Below, in pieces: positions 10,949 through 21,294 of a stretch of DNA of 64,000 nt. The notes below the pieces were generated by a model. That model saw nothing but the letters and a program-made list of their open reading frames with translations, was not told where the DNA came from and ran no database searches. The position numbers and the translations under genes were made by a program. The stretch's first letter is position 1, and each line of letters begins with the position of its first letter. The DNA is from Candidatus Sulfomarinibacteraceae bacterium (GTDB taxonomy: Bacteria; Acidobacteriota; Thermoanaerobaculia; Thermoanaerobaculales; Sulfomarinibacteraceae). The stretch lies in assembly GCA_963741385.1 (NCBI GenBank), contig CAVUHO010000004.1, forward strand, positions 72,099 through 136,098. Reading direction: 5' to 3'.

Positions 10949-12798
10949 TCCGGCCGGTGACCCTGATCGTCCTCACCTGGAACCGGTGGGCGCTGACGCG
11001 GAAGTGTCTCGAAACCCTGCGCGAGACCCGGCTCGACAACGCCGAGGTTCTGGTTGTTGACAACGGATCAACCGACGAAACCCGGGAAAAGCTCGCCGAG
11101 CTCGACTGGGTGCGGACGCTGCTGCTGCCCGAGAACCGCGGGTTCGTTCGCGGTAACAACGCAGGGATCGAGGCCGCCGACCCAAGCTCCGACATCGTCC
11201 TGCTCAATAACGACCTCGTGTTCACTCAGAACGACTGGCTCGAGCGGATGCGCGGTTGTGCGGCTGAAACCCCGGCAGCCGGCGTCATCGGATGCCGGCT
11301 CGTCCTTTCCGATTCGCGCTTGCTGCACGCCGGGACCTACATCCTCCCCGACACCTTCTGGGGCCAGCAGATCGGCTCGTTGCAGGAGGACGTCGGTCAG
11401 TATTCGTCTGACCGCGATGTCCAGGGGATCGTCTTCGCTTGTGCCCTGATCAAGCGCGAGGTCATCGAAGCCATCGGAGGTTTGAGCGAGGACTTCGAGT
11501 CGTACTTCGAGGACACAGACTACTGTCTTCGGGCCGCTGCAGCGGGCTTCTCCACCATGGTGTGCGGCGGCGTCACGCTGGTGCACGACGAACACGGGTC
11601 GACCTCCGGCCAGGACGAGACCCGCAAGAAACTCTTCGCGACCAGCCAGCGGGTTTTCACCAAGAAGTGGCGCCGAAGCCTCGAGGGGAGCTACCGCCAC
11701 AGACTGATGTGGCAGTCGATCATGAACTTCCCGTCCGGCTACGCGGCCAGCTGCCGCAAGTTCCTGCTCGCACTCGAGGACCTCGGCGTCCACACCGCCT
11801 ACCGTTATGTCTACGGACCCGGGACGGTGTTCCCGGTTCCGGAACCGGAGAACTCCGGCGACTACCACCTCAACGTCATCAGTTCGCGACCAGTGTCGGG
11901 AGCCCAGCGAAAAATCGGCGTGGTATACGGGCAGGGCGACGTCTTCGCCTCGAACCGCGGCAAGTACAAGATCGGTTACACCATGCTCGAAGTCGACGGC
12001 TTTCCGGACGAGTGGGTCCGGCAGGCGAACATGATGGACGAGGTCTGGGTTCCCAGCGAATTCAACCGCGAAGGCATGGTGCGCTGCGGCGTCAACCGTC
12101 CCATTCACGTCATGCCGCTCGGCGTCGACTGCGATTTCTTCTCGCCGCAGATCAGGGCACATCGGGACCCCAACGACGACTTTGTCTTCCTCGCCAATCT
12201 CGAGTGGGGTGAGCGCAAAGACCCCCAGCTGATGATGCGGATCTTCAACGACGAGTTTCGCGCCGAGGAACCCGTCAAGCTGCTGTGCAAGATCATGAAT
12301 CGCGACCCCGGGGTTCAGCTGAAAGAGGAAATTCGAAGACTGGAGCTCCAATCCCGCGGTGGACGCATCGTCTTCATGATCAATCGTGAGTTCCCCTACT
12401 ACCAGCTGGGGTCACTTTATCGGTCGGTCGACTGCCTGGTTTCCGCCGGACGAGGCGAGGGCTGGGACATGCCGCTGATGGAAGCCATGGCCTGCGGCCT
12501 GCCGACCATCGCGACTGACTGGGGCGCCCACACTCAGTTCGTGACCGAAGCCAACTCTTTTCCCCTCCGCATCAAGGGCACCATCCCCGCAAGAGCCAAG
12601 TGCCCATACTATGCGGGATTCCAGTGGGCCGACCCGGACCCGGACCACCTCCGCCATCTCCTTCGCCACGTCTACGACAATCGCGAGGAGGCACGCGCCG
12701 TCGGCGAATACGCGGCTTCCGAAATGGCCCGGGATTGGACGTGGAAAAGGGCGGGCGCGAAAATTGTGGATCGCCTCGATGAAATCGCAGCCGACTGA
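10945..12798 (+). CDS. bifunctional GT2-GT4 fusion glycosyltransferase
   Basis: GT2 half: VTLIVLTWNRW..VVDNGSTDET..ENRGFVRGNNAG..LLNNDLVF..FEDTDYCLRA. GT4 half: MMDEVWVPSEFNREG..SAGRGEGWDMPLMEAMACGLPTIATDWGAHTQF. Confidence 0.8.
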   Translation: MIRPVTLIVLTWNRWALTRKCLETLRETRLDNAEVLVVDNGSTDETREKLAELDWVRTLLLPENRGFVRGNNAGIEAADPSSDIVLLNNDLVFTQNDWLERMRGCAAETPAAGVIGCRLVLSDSRLLHAGTYILPDTFWGQQIGSLQEDVGQYSSDRDVQGIVFACALIKREVIEAIGGLSEDFESYFEDTDYCLRAAAAGFSTMVCGGVTLVHDEHGSTSGQDETRKKLFATSQRVFTKKWRRSLEGSYRHRLMWQSIMNFPSGYAASCRKFLLALEDLGVHTAYRYVYGPGTVFPVPEPENSGDYHLNVISSRPVSGAQRKIGVVYGQGDVFASNRGKYKIGYTMLEVDGFPDEWVRQANMMDEVWVPSEFNREGMVRCGVNRPIHVMPLGVDCDFFSPQIRAHRDPNDDFVFLANLEWGERKDPQLMMRIFNDEFRAEEPVKLLCKIMNRDPGVQLKEEIRRLELQSRGGRIVFMINREFPYYQLGSLYRSVDCLVSAGRGEGWDMPLMEAMACGLPTIATDWGAHTQFVTEANSFPLRIKGTIPARAKCPYYAGFQWADPDPDHLRHLLRHVYDNREEARAVGEYAASEMARDWTWKRAGAKIVDRLDEIAAD

Positions 12799-14377
12799 GG
12801 CTCGGGTGAAACTGTACCGGTTCGCCGGTGTGACTATCGCGTGTGCATTGGTTCTCCTCCACCTTCTCATGCCCATGCTGACGTCCGGCGGCGACGCCGT
12901 TCCCGGAGACCTCGGCGACTCGCGGCTCAACAACCTCATCCTCGAACACGGGTATTTGTCACTTCTCGGGTACTATGAATATTCGAGCCCCGGTCAGTTC
13001 TTTCCGGTACAGAATACACTCTATTTCAGCGAGAATTTGTTAGCCAGTCTTCTTTTTTACGTCCCTTTCAGAGAACTCGGGATAACGGAGATGGCTTCAT
13101 TTCAACTCATGCTTATCGTGACAATTCTATTAAACACTATTTCTTTTTATTTTTTGTTATCAATTCTCAAGATCGATCAATGGATATCGCTCCCGATTGT
13201 ATTCTTTTCTCTGTCATTCTTCGGCTGGATTTCTCAACTCGTCCATCCACAGCTTCTCCCAGTTTATCCTTTTATTTTGTCTCTCAGTTTCTTATTTTCT
13301 TGGATCGAAACGAGCAAATTTAAGCATTTGACGTTCTTTCTTGGATCACTTGTATGGCAACACCTATCAAGCATTTACCTCGGAGTATTTTCAACGTGTA
13401 TTGCAATATCACTTGTTTCAATTTTGTTTTTTTTCTCAGAATCTACGAAAAGAAACATCATCAAGTCTGTAAAGAGAGATTTCAAGAAGATTGTGCTGGT
13501 GGTGTCGACATGTGTGCTCTCTCTCATATTGCTCTATCGTCCGTACGCCTCAATTTCGAGCAACCATGGAACGAACCCAATCCAAGACATTGAAACGCTC
13601 TCACCAACGTTCGGAAGTTGGTTTTCGGCACCCGAACAGAGTTACTTGTACGGGAAACAGTCGTTCGTTCGCGACGCCTCGATTCCGGTTGAGGTTCAGC
13701 TCTTCGGAGGGTGGCTGATCTGGCCGATCCTCGCGGCGATCTTCTGTTTTCCAGGCAGATTCGGAGCCTGCAAAAACTACCCGGCGGCGCTGGCAATGGT
13801 GTGCACCATCATGCTCGCAATGGCGGGAATCACTGCGTGGCACCTGAGCGGCGGGCTCTGGTCGCCCTATCTTGCTCTGTGCAGGGTGTTCCCCGCGTTG
13901 AAGGCGATTCGGGCAGTGGGCCGGATCTCGCTGCTCCTGCATATTCTGGCCGGCACTTCAGCAGCCGTCCTTCTGCAGTGCCTGGCGGATCGCAGGAACC
14001 GCAATTTTCGAATCGCGGCTGTGGCGCTGGCATTCGCGATGGCGGTGGAGGGGCTGTCAACCCCGGGCCTGAGCTTCTCGAAAACCGCCGCTGAACAGCG
14101 CCTGGAACCTTTGCTCGCCGGAGTTCCAGACGGCAGTGCACCTGCGATCATCGCCTATCTGACGCGGCCGGACACAGAGCCCGTCCTTTTCTCCCATCTC
14201 GACGCCTGGATGGCCGCCATGCGTCGGCGAACAGTAACGGTCAATGGGTACAGCGGCCGCTACCCGGAATCCCACGAGGCCTTCTACAACCGGCCCGACC
14301 GGGCGACTCTCGCCGAGCTCCTGGCACGGTTCGGCATCGACCCCGCGCGGGTGATAGTCGTTTACAGCGATCGTTGA
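12779..14377 (+). CDS. polytopic membrane protein with C-terminal soluble domain (candidate polymerase or GT-C-type enzyme)
   Basis: ATG at 12779 overlaps the upstream stop. Many hydrophobic segments (FYFLLSIL, ISLPIVFFSLSFFGWI, VYPFILSLSFLF, LGVFSTCIAISLVSILFFF..). Sits inside a glycan cluster. Family assignment is inference only. Confidence 0.55.
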   Translation: MKSQPTEARVKLYRFAGVTIACALVLLHLLMPMLTSGGDAVPGDLGDSRLNNLILEHGYLSLLGYYEYSSPGQFFPVQNTLYFSENLLASLLFYVPFRELGITEMASFQLMLIVTILLNTISFYFLLSILKIDQWISLPIVFFSLSFFGWISQLVHPQLLPVYPFILSLSFLFSWIETSKFKHLTFFLGSLVWQHLSSIYLGVFSTCIAISLVSILFFFSESTKRNIIKSVKRDFKKIVLVVSTCVLSLILLYRPYASISSNHGTNPIQDIETLSPTFGSWFSAPEQSYLYGKQSFVRDASIPVEVQLFGGWLIWPILAAIFCFPGRFGACKNYPAALAMVCTIMLAMAGITAWHLSGGLWSPYLALCRVFPALKAIRAVGRISLLLHILAGTSAAVLLQCLADRRNRNFRIAAVALAFAMAVEGLSTPGLSFSKTAAEQRLEPLLAGVPDGSAPAIIAYLTRPDTEPVLFSHLDAWMAAMRRRTVTVNGYSGRYPESHEAFYNRPDRATLAELLARFGIDPARVIVVYSDR

Positions 14378-14416
14378 CGCGAGCTCTTTTGACTCTCGTC
14401 GGAGTCTGAAGCGCGA

Positions 14417-16036
14417 TCAGGGGACTCTCGAAGACCAGCGCGTCAGATTGCCGGATTCAAATCCGTCTTCGAAGACTAAGCTCGCCGAGACGAAGGCGTG
14501 GTTGTGCTGGTCGCGACGGAACGCCGGCCAGTGCTCGGACGGGTCGTTCAGCGAGGAGAAATCCCAGGCATAAATCGTCCCCGAAGTTCCATTGCTGCCG
14601 GCGCCGGCCACGATCAGCTCGACGTCGCCGTCCCCATCGAGATCGGCAACTGCCGGCGAACTGGCGACAGTGTAGGACGTCTGCAGGTTGAACTCCCCTG
14701 GTCCGGGCGGCCAACCGTCCATGCTGAGCTGGTTCCCGCTCGCGTCCCAGACCACGAGTTCCCAATTGGAGGCCAAAATGACTTCGGGAACCATGTCACC
14801 GGTGATGTCGGCGATGATCGGTGACGCCGGGGTTTGATAGCTGACAGTAGAATCCGGACCGGCAGGGGTTACCGGGCGCACCGGCCATCCCGCGAGGACC
14901 GACCCGTCCCCGGAGAGCGCGTGGACCTCACCGCCCTCGGTGTCTTCGGGATCCTGGGTGTTGATCACCACGTCGAGCACGCCATCGCCGTCCAGATCAC
15001 CCAGCGCTGGCGAGGCGAAGGCATACGTGCCGGGGATGCCCACCGGCCAACCTTCGAGCTCGCTGCCGAAACGGTCCCAGGCGTTGATGTACTCGCCCAC
15101 CCCGAGGTGGTTGTTTCCGCCCGGAGCGCAGGCCGGATCGGGCCAGCACCGGCCCGTGCCGACGACGATGTCCAGATGCCCGTCGCCGTCGATGTCGCCG
15201 AGCGCGGGCGACGAGAAAATCACCTCGTCGATCTGGATTGGGAAGCCTGTGAGCTCGCCACCGTTGTGGTGATAGACGTGCAGGATGCCGCCGTCCTCGG
15301 TTCCAAACGCCGGCTCAAAGTGCGAGTCGACCCCAATCACGATCTCTGGGAAACCGTCCTCGTCGACATCTCCGATGGCCGGGGAGGACCACACGGAGTC
15401 GCGAACGAAGGTCTCCCACACCAACGAACAGTCATGGTTGATCACACGTACGTAGCCGTCCCACGCTCCGAATGCGATTTCCAACTGACCCTGGTCGTTG
15501 AAGTCCAACTCGGCAACCGCAGGCGACGAGTGCACGCCGTCCCGCCAACCGTCATGCGCGAAGTCGCCGGTCTGAAAGCTGCACTGCAACACACCGTTGT
15601 GACTGATCACGTACAGTCCGCCATGGCTGGCCGGCGTCGACGTGCTGCCCGCACCGATCACAACTTCTGGTTGCCCGTCTCCGTCCACGTCTGCGATCGC
15701 TGCCTTGCCGCTGACGCCCATCTCACCGGTGTCGTAGTCCCATAGCTTGACCCCCGCAGAGGTGTAGGCGTGCACCTTGCCATCGATCCCGCCCACGACG
15801 ATATCAGGCAACCCGTCGTTATTCAGATCACCGAGCGCGACGGAGCTGGACTGAACCCGCTCGCCGTTCACGGCAACAGGGAAACCGACTTGGAACGATG
15901 GCGTGGCGGCGTCTATTGCGGAGACAGCGGTGCCTGTCAGCACCACCACCAATATCGCGCACCTCACTGCCCTCGAATAGCTCACCTTTGACCTCACATT
16001 GTGGGAACACCGCTGTTCGACGGCACGTACAAGCAT
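14417..16036 (-). CDS. secreted FG-GAP/VCBS-type repeat protein
   Basis: N-terminal signal-like segment. Repeated GDLNNDGLPDIVVG, ADVDGDGQPEVVIG, GDVDEDGFPEIVIG, GDIDGDGHLDIVVG, GDLDGDGVLDVVIN, ADLDGDGDVELIVAG. Confidence 0.8.
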   Translation of the reverse strand: MLVRAVEQRCSHNVRSKVSYSRAVRCAILVVVLTGTAVSAIDAATPSFQVGFPVAVNGERVQSSSVALGDLNNDGLPDIVVGGIDGKVHAYTSAGVKLWDYDTGEMGVSGKAAIADVDGDGQPEVVIGAGSTSTPASHGGLYVISHNGVLQCSFQTGDFAHDGWRDGVHSSPAVAELDFNDQGQLEIAFGAWDGYVRVINHDCSLVWETFVRDSVWSSPAIGDVDEDGFPEIVIGVDSHFEPAFGTEDGGILHVYHHNGGELTGFPIQIDEVIFSSPALGDIDGDGHLDIVVGTGRCWPDPACAPGGNNHLGVGEYINAWDRFGSELEGWPVGIPGTYAFASPALGDLDGDGVLDVVINTQDPEDTEGGEVHALSGDGSVLAGWPVRPVTPAGPDSTVSYQTPASPIIADITGDMVPEVILASNWELVVWDASGNQLSMDGWPPGPGEFNLQTSYTVASSPAVADLDGDGDVELIVAGAGSNGTSGTIYAWDFSSLNDPSEHWPAFRRDQHNHAFVSASLVFEDGFESGNLTRWSSRVP

Positions 16037-16210
16037 CGGGCCACCTTCCGACGAGGAGTCCGTCCTCGCGCGCCGCCCTCACTTCATCAAGAATATCGCG
16101 GGGCGGGGGTGTGATCGGCGCGCTGGCCGGGGTTTCACATTTCTTCGACATTCAGCAGGCGGCGCGCGGGACCGGGTGTGAACATGAGCAGGATGCTGGC
16201 GGCCCGCCCT

Positions 16211-16996
16211 TCAGGCAGGGCGATCGTTTGATGCCGCCCAGTCGCGGTAGGCTTCGACAACGGCGGAAGTGTCTCCGGATGCCGCAACCCTGCCGTCGGC
16301 AATCCACAGAGATCGATCGCACAGCGTCTGGACCGAACCGAGATCGTGGGAAACGAAGAAAATTGTCACACCGCGAGTCCTGAAGTCGTCCATGCGCTGG
16401 TGGCACTTGCGCTTGAAACGCTCGTCACCGACGGACAGCACCTCGTCGAGCAAGAGGACCTGCGCGTCCACGGTGGTGGCGACCGCGAATGCGAGTCTGG
16501 CGACCATGCCGGTCGAGTAGGTGCGAATCGGCTGGTCGATGAAATCGCCCAACTCCGCGAAGTCGACGATCTCGTCCATGCGCCGGTTCATCTCCCGTTG
16601 CGACCGCCCCAACAGGGCGCCGTTGAAGACGATGTTCTCGCGACCCGTCAGCTCCTGTTCGAATCCGATGCCGAGTTCGATGACCGGCGCGACCCGGCCG
16701 CGGACGATCGCAACCCCCGACGAGGGCTGAAGGATGCCGGCGGCGATCCGCAAAAGCGTTGATTTCCCAGCCCCGTTTCGGCCGATGACTCCGATCGCCT
16801 CACCCCTGGCCACCGAGAAACTCACCCCGTCGAGGGCTTGGACGGCGTTGTGGCGCGCGCCCCGGTTGGTCGCCAGCCGGATGATCCACTCCTTGAGGGA
16901 TGCAATCCGACCCTCGGACGAAACCCGGAACTGAAGCGAGACATCCCGGAACTCGATGACCGGATCGTCCGGTACGGCGGCCTCACAGGTGCTCAT
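16211..16996 (-). CDS. polysaccharide/teichoic-type ABC exporter ATP-binding protein (Wzt/TagH-like)
   Basis: ATG at 16996 inside ORF 16211..17116. Walker A GRNGAGKST, LLLDEVLSVGDERFKRKC, and an overlap with the permease stop. Confidence 0.85.
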   Translation of the reverse strand: MSTCEAAVPDDPVIEFRDVSLQFRVSSEGRIASLKEWIIRLATNRGARHNAVQALDGVSFSVARGEAIGVIGRNGAGKSTLLRIAAGILQPSSGVAIVRGRVAPVIELGIGFEQELTGRENIVFNGALLGRSQREMNRRMDEIVDFAELGDFIDQPIRTYSTGMVARLAFAVATTVDAQVLLLDEVLSVGDERFKRKCHQRMDDFRTRGVTIFFVSHDLGSVQTLCDRSLWIADGRVAASGDTSAVVEAYRDWAASNDRPA

Positions 16997-17816
16997 AAAA
17001 CCCCCGTGACAGCCGGTGGAAGGAGTACCACCCGATGACGAGCGAGCAGCACGCCGTGGCCACCGACCCCGCGACGATGTGGAGGTCCGGAAGCACGCCG
17101 TTGTAGACCGGGTCACGAGCCAGCTTGAAGAGCTGCGTGAGCGGATTGATGCGGATCAGCCACAGAAACCGGGGGGGAATGATCTCGATCGGATAGATGA
17201 TCGGCGTCAGGTACATCAGCGCCATGGTCGCAGCCTGATACATCTGCGACACGTCTTCGAAGTAGACCGCCAGCGCCGACAACAGCAGCGACACGCCGAG
17301 CGTGAAGACCGCGATGATGACGAACGCCACCGGCAGGAAGAGCACCGTCGGACGAATCGGCGCGCCGCGTACGAGCATGATCACGAACAAGGGGAGGTAT
17401 GCAAGGCAGAGGTTCGCGAGCCCGGACAGGGTCGTCGAGATCGCGAAGATAGAGTTCGGGATCCTGACTCTCTTGAGCAACATGGCGTTCCACGACAGGC
17501 TCGTCATGGACTGGACCGTGGTTTGGGCGAAGAAGCCGAAGACCAGGTACGCCGAGAGAAAGTACACTTCGTAATGGGAAATCCCCTCGAAACGAAAGAT
17601 CTTGGAGAAAACAATCGTCAAGATGACCATCAGGATGAGCGGATGGAGCATCGTCCAAAAAAAACCGATGACGGAGCGCTTGTAGCGAACGGTAAGGTCC
17701 CGTCGAACCAGATTCAAGACCAGATTCGAGTTCTCAAACAGCTCTCGGATTTCCTTGCGGGTGCTGAACTTCGAGTCGGCGGAGTTGACGAGTACCGGCG
17801 TTTCTGAGATTGGCAC
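16983..17816 (-). CDS. ABC-2 type exporter permease (Wzm/TagG-like)
   Basis: LVRRDLTVRYKRSVIGFFWTMLHPLILM.. followed by six hydrophobic segments. Directly upstream of the ATPase. Confidence 0.8.
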   Translation of the reverse strand: MPISETPVLVNSADSKFSTRKEIRELFENSNLVLNLVRRDLTVRYKRSVIGFFWTMLHPLILMVILTIVFSKIFRFEGISHYEVYFLSAYLVFGFFAQTTVQSMTSLSWNAMLLKRVRIPNSIFAISTTLSGLANLCLAYLPLFVIMLVRGAPIRPTVLFLPVAFVIIAVFTLGVSLLLSALAVYFEDVSQMYQAATMALMYLTPIIYPIEIIPPRFLWLIRINPLTQLFKLARDPVYNGVLPDLHIVAGSVATACCSLVIGWYSFHRLSRGFYEHL

Positions 17817-18112
17817 CTCGAAATACTACCACGCAGGGTGCCGGGTCGATGGTGGGGCGAGAGCTCGATTGACGTGCTTACCAACTCAGCATCTCGCCAA
17901 GGATGTTGTCGGTGGGCCACCGCCGATTCCAGTGATCTGGAGCACGCCATTCGGGTAACCGTCTGCGTATCATTGAGATCGAAATAATGGGAACCGGCCG
18001 CTCCAATCGGCACGATGTTTGCTGCAGTTCCTGCATGAAACAAAACCGCCGATCCGCGTCCGGTCGCGAATATGATGCTGCAGACGGTTTACCCGAACCG
18101 GGGCGGAGGATT

Positions 18113-19084
18113 ATGGGCGAGCGCCTGAAGCTGTCAGTGGTCATTCCGACCCACAACACGCGGAAGCTGACATTGAACTGTCTGGCAGCCCTCTGGCTGT
18201 GCAACCCGCAACCGGACGAGGTGATCGTGGTGGACGACGGGAGCACCGACAACACCGCCCACTCGGTCATTCGCAAGTACCCCAGGCACGTCGTGGTCCG
18301 CCTCCCCCAGAGCGAGGGTTTCGCGGCCGCGGTGAACCACGGTGTGGCCCGCGCGTCAGGCGACCTGGTGCTGCTCCTCAACAGCGACACCGAACCGACA
18401 CCGACTGCCCTTGCCCCTTTATACGAAGCATTTGCAACCCAGCCGGACCTCGGTATCGCAGGTGCGGTCCTGTGCGACCCTGACGGCACACCGCAGTGGA
18501 GCGGCGGACGGACGCCGTCGGCGCTGTGGTGTTTCGCACTGGCTTCCGGTCTCCCGGCCCTGATGGGGAGGTGGCATACGTGGCGCCGGCTGCGGCCGCC
18601 GTCGGGTTCCGGTGGCGGTGAAGTCGACTGGGTTGCGGGCACTGCCATGGTGGTCCGCCGTGACGTCTGGCGCCAGGTGGGACCGTTCGACACCGGCTAC
18701 CGCTTCTACTGCCAGGACCTCGATCTCTGCCGTGCAGCGGCGGCGGCGGGTTGGAGGGTCGAGATCCTCCCGAACTTCAAGATTTTCCACCTTCACGGCG
18801 CCACCATCACGGAGGAATCCGGCTCGGTGGGAAGCCAGCATCCGGAGCTCATGTGGACCGATCTTCTCCGATTCGCCAACAAGTACTGGCGGCCCGGCCG
18901 TGCCCGCAATTCGATTCGTGCGCTGCGGATGGGCGCCGCGCTACGGATCTTCGGCCGCAGCATCGCCTCCCCGCTGATCGGGGACGGTGACCGCGACGAC
19001 TGGGGCGATGCTACGACCGTCTATGCCCAGGCTCTTCGAGCTCTGGTCGATCGGGACGGGTCGGAGCAGGGACCCGTCGCCTGA
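18113..19084 (+). CDS. family 2 glycosyltransferase
   Basis: GGAGGA Shine-Dalgarno sequence before ATG 18113. LSVVIPTHNTR..VVDDGSTDNT..GFAAAVNHG..LLNSDTE..YCQDLDLCRAA. Confidence 0.8.
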   Translation: MGERLKLSVVIPTHNTRKLTLNCLAALWLCNPQPDEVIVVDDGSTDNTAHSVIRKYPRHVVVRLPQSEGFAAAVNHGVARASGDLVLLLNSDTEPTPTALAPLYEAFATQPDLGIAGAVLCDPDGTPQWSGGRTPSALWCFALASGLPALMGRWHTWRRLRPPSGSGGGEVDWVAGTAMVVRRDVWRQVGPFDTGYRFYCQDLDLCRAAAAAGWRVEILPNFKIFHLHGATITEESGSVGSQHPELMWTDLLRFANKYWRPGRARNSIRALRMGAALRIFGRSIASPLIGDGDRDDWGDATTVYAQALRALVDRDGSEQGPVA

Positions 19085-19187
19085 GGCCGGCCGCCCCTCT
19101 GGAGAAATGCGACAATCACGGCGGAGGCCGCACTCCGGGAATCAACCTTCCGTTTCGTGTCGGCGGCTCGATCGCCCTTGAGGAGAG

Positions 19188-20411
19188 ATGACGCTCGAGA
19201 ATCCACCACTCCCGACAGGCCGGCTGCGCATCCTGTATGTCGCCACGAAACCGGCCTATCCGCCGCAGGACGGCGGTCGGCTCCTGATCTGGAACACCCT
19301 CACCGAGCTCGCCTCCAGAGGCCACCGCATCACCTACGTCGCGCCCGATCTCGGTGCAGAAACAGCAGTCGCACGGCAGCATTTGGAATCGGTGTGCGAA
19401 GCGGTCCACCTCGTGCCCGCCCGTCCATCGGGAATCCTGTGGTCGGCTGCCGCGGCCCTCGCCACCAGAAAACCGATGTCGGTGCTGCGGCACAAGCATC
19501 GCGCCGTTCAGCGGGTGATCACGGAGTTGCTCCACCGCCAGTCCTTTGACGTGGTCCACGCAGAGCAGATTCAGGCCTTTTACAATCTCCCGCCGGTCAA
19601 CGGCTGCCCCCCGGTTGTGCTGCGGGCGCAGAACGTCGAGAGCGAGCTGTGGCGTCTGGTCGCGATTCGCAAACGACACCTGGCCTGGATCGCCCGTGAC
19701 GAAGCCAGAAAAATGGCCGTCTTCGAAGCCCGCGCAATCCGCCTCGCAGCTGCGACTGTGGTCCTCACCCAACCCGACGCGGCAACGCTGGGTGGCGGCG
19801 CCGGGGCTTCGGCCCGTCGCATCACAGTCGTCCGGCCGCCGTTTCCGGCAGCGTTGCCGTGGTTTGACGAGCCTCTTGCCGGCGACCCACCCGTCGTCTT
19901 GATGACCGGCGGTTGGCTGCCCAACCGAGATTCACTCGCCTGGTTTCTCGAAGACATCTGGCCTGGCATCCTCGGCGCCAACCCCGACGCCCACGCCCAC
20001 ATCTTCGGCCCGGATCAGGGGGCCGGCGGGCCATCAGTCAGTTATCACCCGGCCCCTGCCGACAGTTCGCGGCTCTTTCGCCCCGGAACCGTGCTCGCGG
20101 TCCCCCTTCGCATTGCTTCGGGGATTCGCATGAAGATCTTGGAATCGTGGGCCAGGAGGGTGCCGGTGGTCGCGACGCCGACGGCGGTGCGCGGCCTCGA
20201 AGACGTGGGAAAGCGAGGTTACCTGCTCGCCAGGAACGGCGCCGAGTTCGGGGCGGCCGTCGAACGGCTTCGACTGAGCCGAGATGCCGCGCAGGAGTTG
20301 ATCGACGCCGGGCGGGAGGCCCTGGCCGACCATTTCCAGCCGCAACATGCCGCCGAACTGCTCGAGGTCGTCTACCGGGAGGCCATCGCGCGCCGGCAAC
20401 CGACACCTTGA
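19188..20411 (+). CDS. GT4 glycosyltransferase
   Basis: LRILYVATKPAYPPQDGGRL at the N-terminus. C-terminal PLRIASGIRMKILESWARRVPVVATPTAVRGL (GT-B signature). Confidence 0.75.
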   Translation: MTLENPPLPTGRLRILYVATKPAYPPQDGGRLLIWNTLTELASRGHRITYVAPDLGAETAVARQHLESVCEAVHLVPARPSGILWSAAAALATRKPMSVLRHKHRAVQRVITELLHRQSFDVVHAEQIQAFYNLPPVNGCPPVVLRAQNVESELWRLVAIRKRHLAWIARDEARKMAVFEARAIRLAAATVVLTQPDAATLGGGAGASARRITVVRPPFPAALPWFDEPLAGDPPVVLMTGGWLPNRDSLAWFLEDIWPGILGANPDAHAHIFGPDQGAGGPSVSYHPAPADSSRLFRPGTVLAVPLRIASGIRMKILESWARRVPVVATPTAVRGLEDVGKRGYLLARNGAEFGAAVERLRLSRDAAQELIDAGREALADHFQPQHAAELLEVVYREAIARRQPTP

Positions 20412-20421
20412 GAACTGACCT

Positions 20422-21294
20422 TCAGCTGAAGACCGAACTCAATGCCCTGACGTGACCGCGGGCGACGGCCGCGATGTAGGGGCCGCACCGGGTGGTGTGT
20501 CGCATGCAGAGTCCGAGCATCCGCACCGAGTTGTACATCGTGTGCACGCCACCGAGATACGCCCGGTAGAGCCTCGATTGAAATGGCAGAAATCTCGTTG
20601 CAGTGAGGTTCTCGAGATACAACGGCGATCGTTCCGCCGACCCCGTCGATCCGCCGAGACGGTGGAAAGTCTCCATCCCGGGCTCGAATCGAAGCCTCCA
20701 CCCCGCTCGGCGCAGACGCAGACACAGATCCAGATCCTCGTTGTACAGGAAAAACCGCTCGTCGAAACCCCGAACGTCACGCCAGGCTGTCGCCGACACC
20801 GCCATCGCAGTGGCCGGGATGTAACCGACATCACGCGCCCGGCCCGAAGCATGGGCAAAGCGCTGCTGGCGGACCGTCCCGGTCAGAAAATTGATGCCGC
20901 CTCCGGCGTACCACAGCTTGGAGTTGTCAAGCCCGTCGCAGATCGGACCACCGGCCGCCCCGACCCCGACCTCGAGAGCGTCGGCGGCCGCGTCGAGATA
21001 GCCGGGGCCGAGCACCGCATCATTGTTGAGCACCACGAAAAAAGAAATTTCCTCGTCCCCCTCGAGGGCTGCCACGCCGACGTTGATGGCGGCACCGAAT
21101 CCGGGGTTGTCCGCCCGCCGAATGACCTCGACACCTGCAACCAGCGCGTCCGCCTCCAGGTTCCCCGAGTTGTCCACCACGATCACCCGTCGCCCGAGTC
21201 GGGATGGGTCGCCACACACCGATGCACTGCAACGGATGGTCGGATCCACCTCACCAAAGTGGACGATGACGACTCCGGCGAGTGGGGTGTTCAC
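20422..21294 (-). CDS. family 2 glycosyltransferase
   Basis: GTG at 21294 (GTGA overlap with the flippase stop). VVIVHFG..VVDNSGN..NPGFGAAINVG..VLNNDAV..LYNEDLDLCLRL. Confidence 0.75.
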   Translation of the reverse strand: MNTPLAGVVIVHFGEVDPTIRCSASVCGDPSRLGRRVIVVDNSGNLEADALVAGVEVIRRADNPGFGAAINVGVAALEGDEEISFFVVLNNDAVLGPGYLDAAADALEVGVGAAGGPICDGLDNSKLWYAGGGINFLTGTVRQQRFAHASGRARDVGYIPATAMAVSATAWRDVRGFDERFFLYNEDLDLCLRLRRAGWRLRFEPGMETFHRLGGSTGSAERSPLYLENLTATRFLPFQSRLYRAYLGGVHTMYNSVRMLGLCMRHTTRCGPYIAAVARGHVRALSSVFS

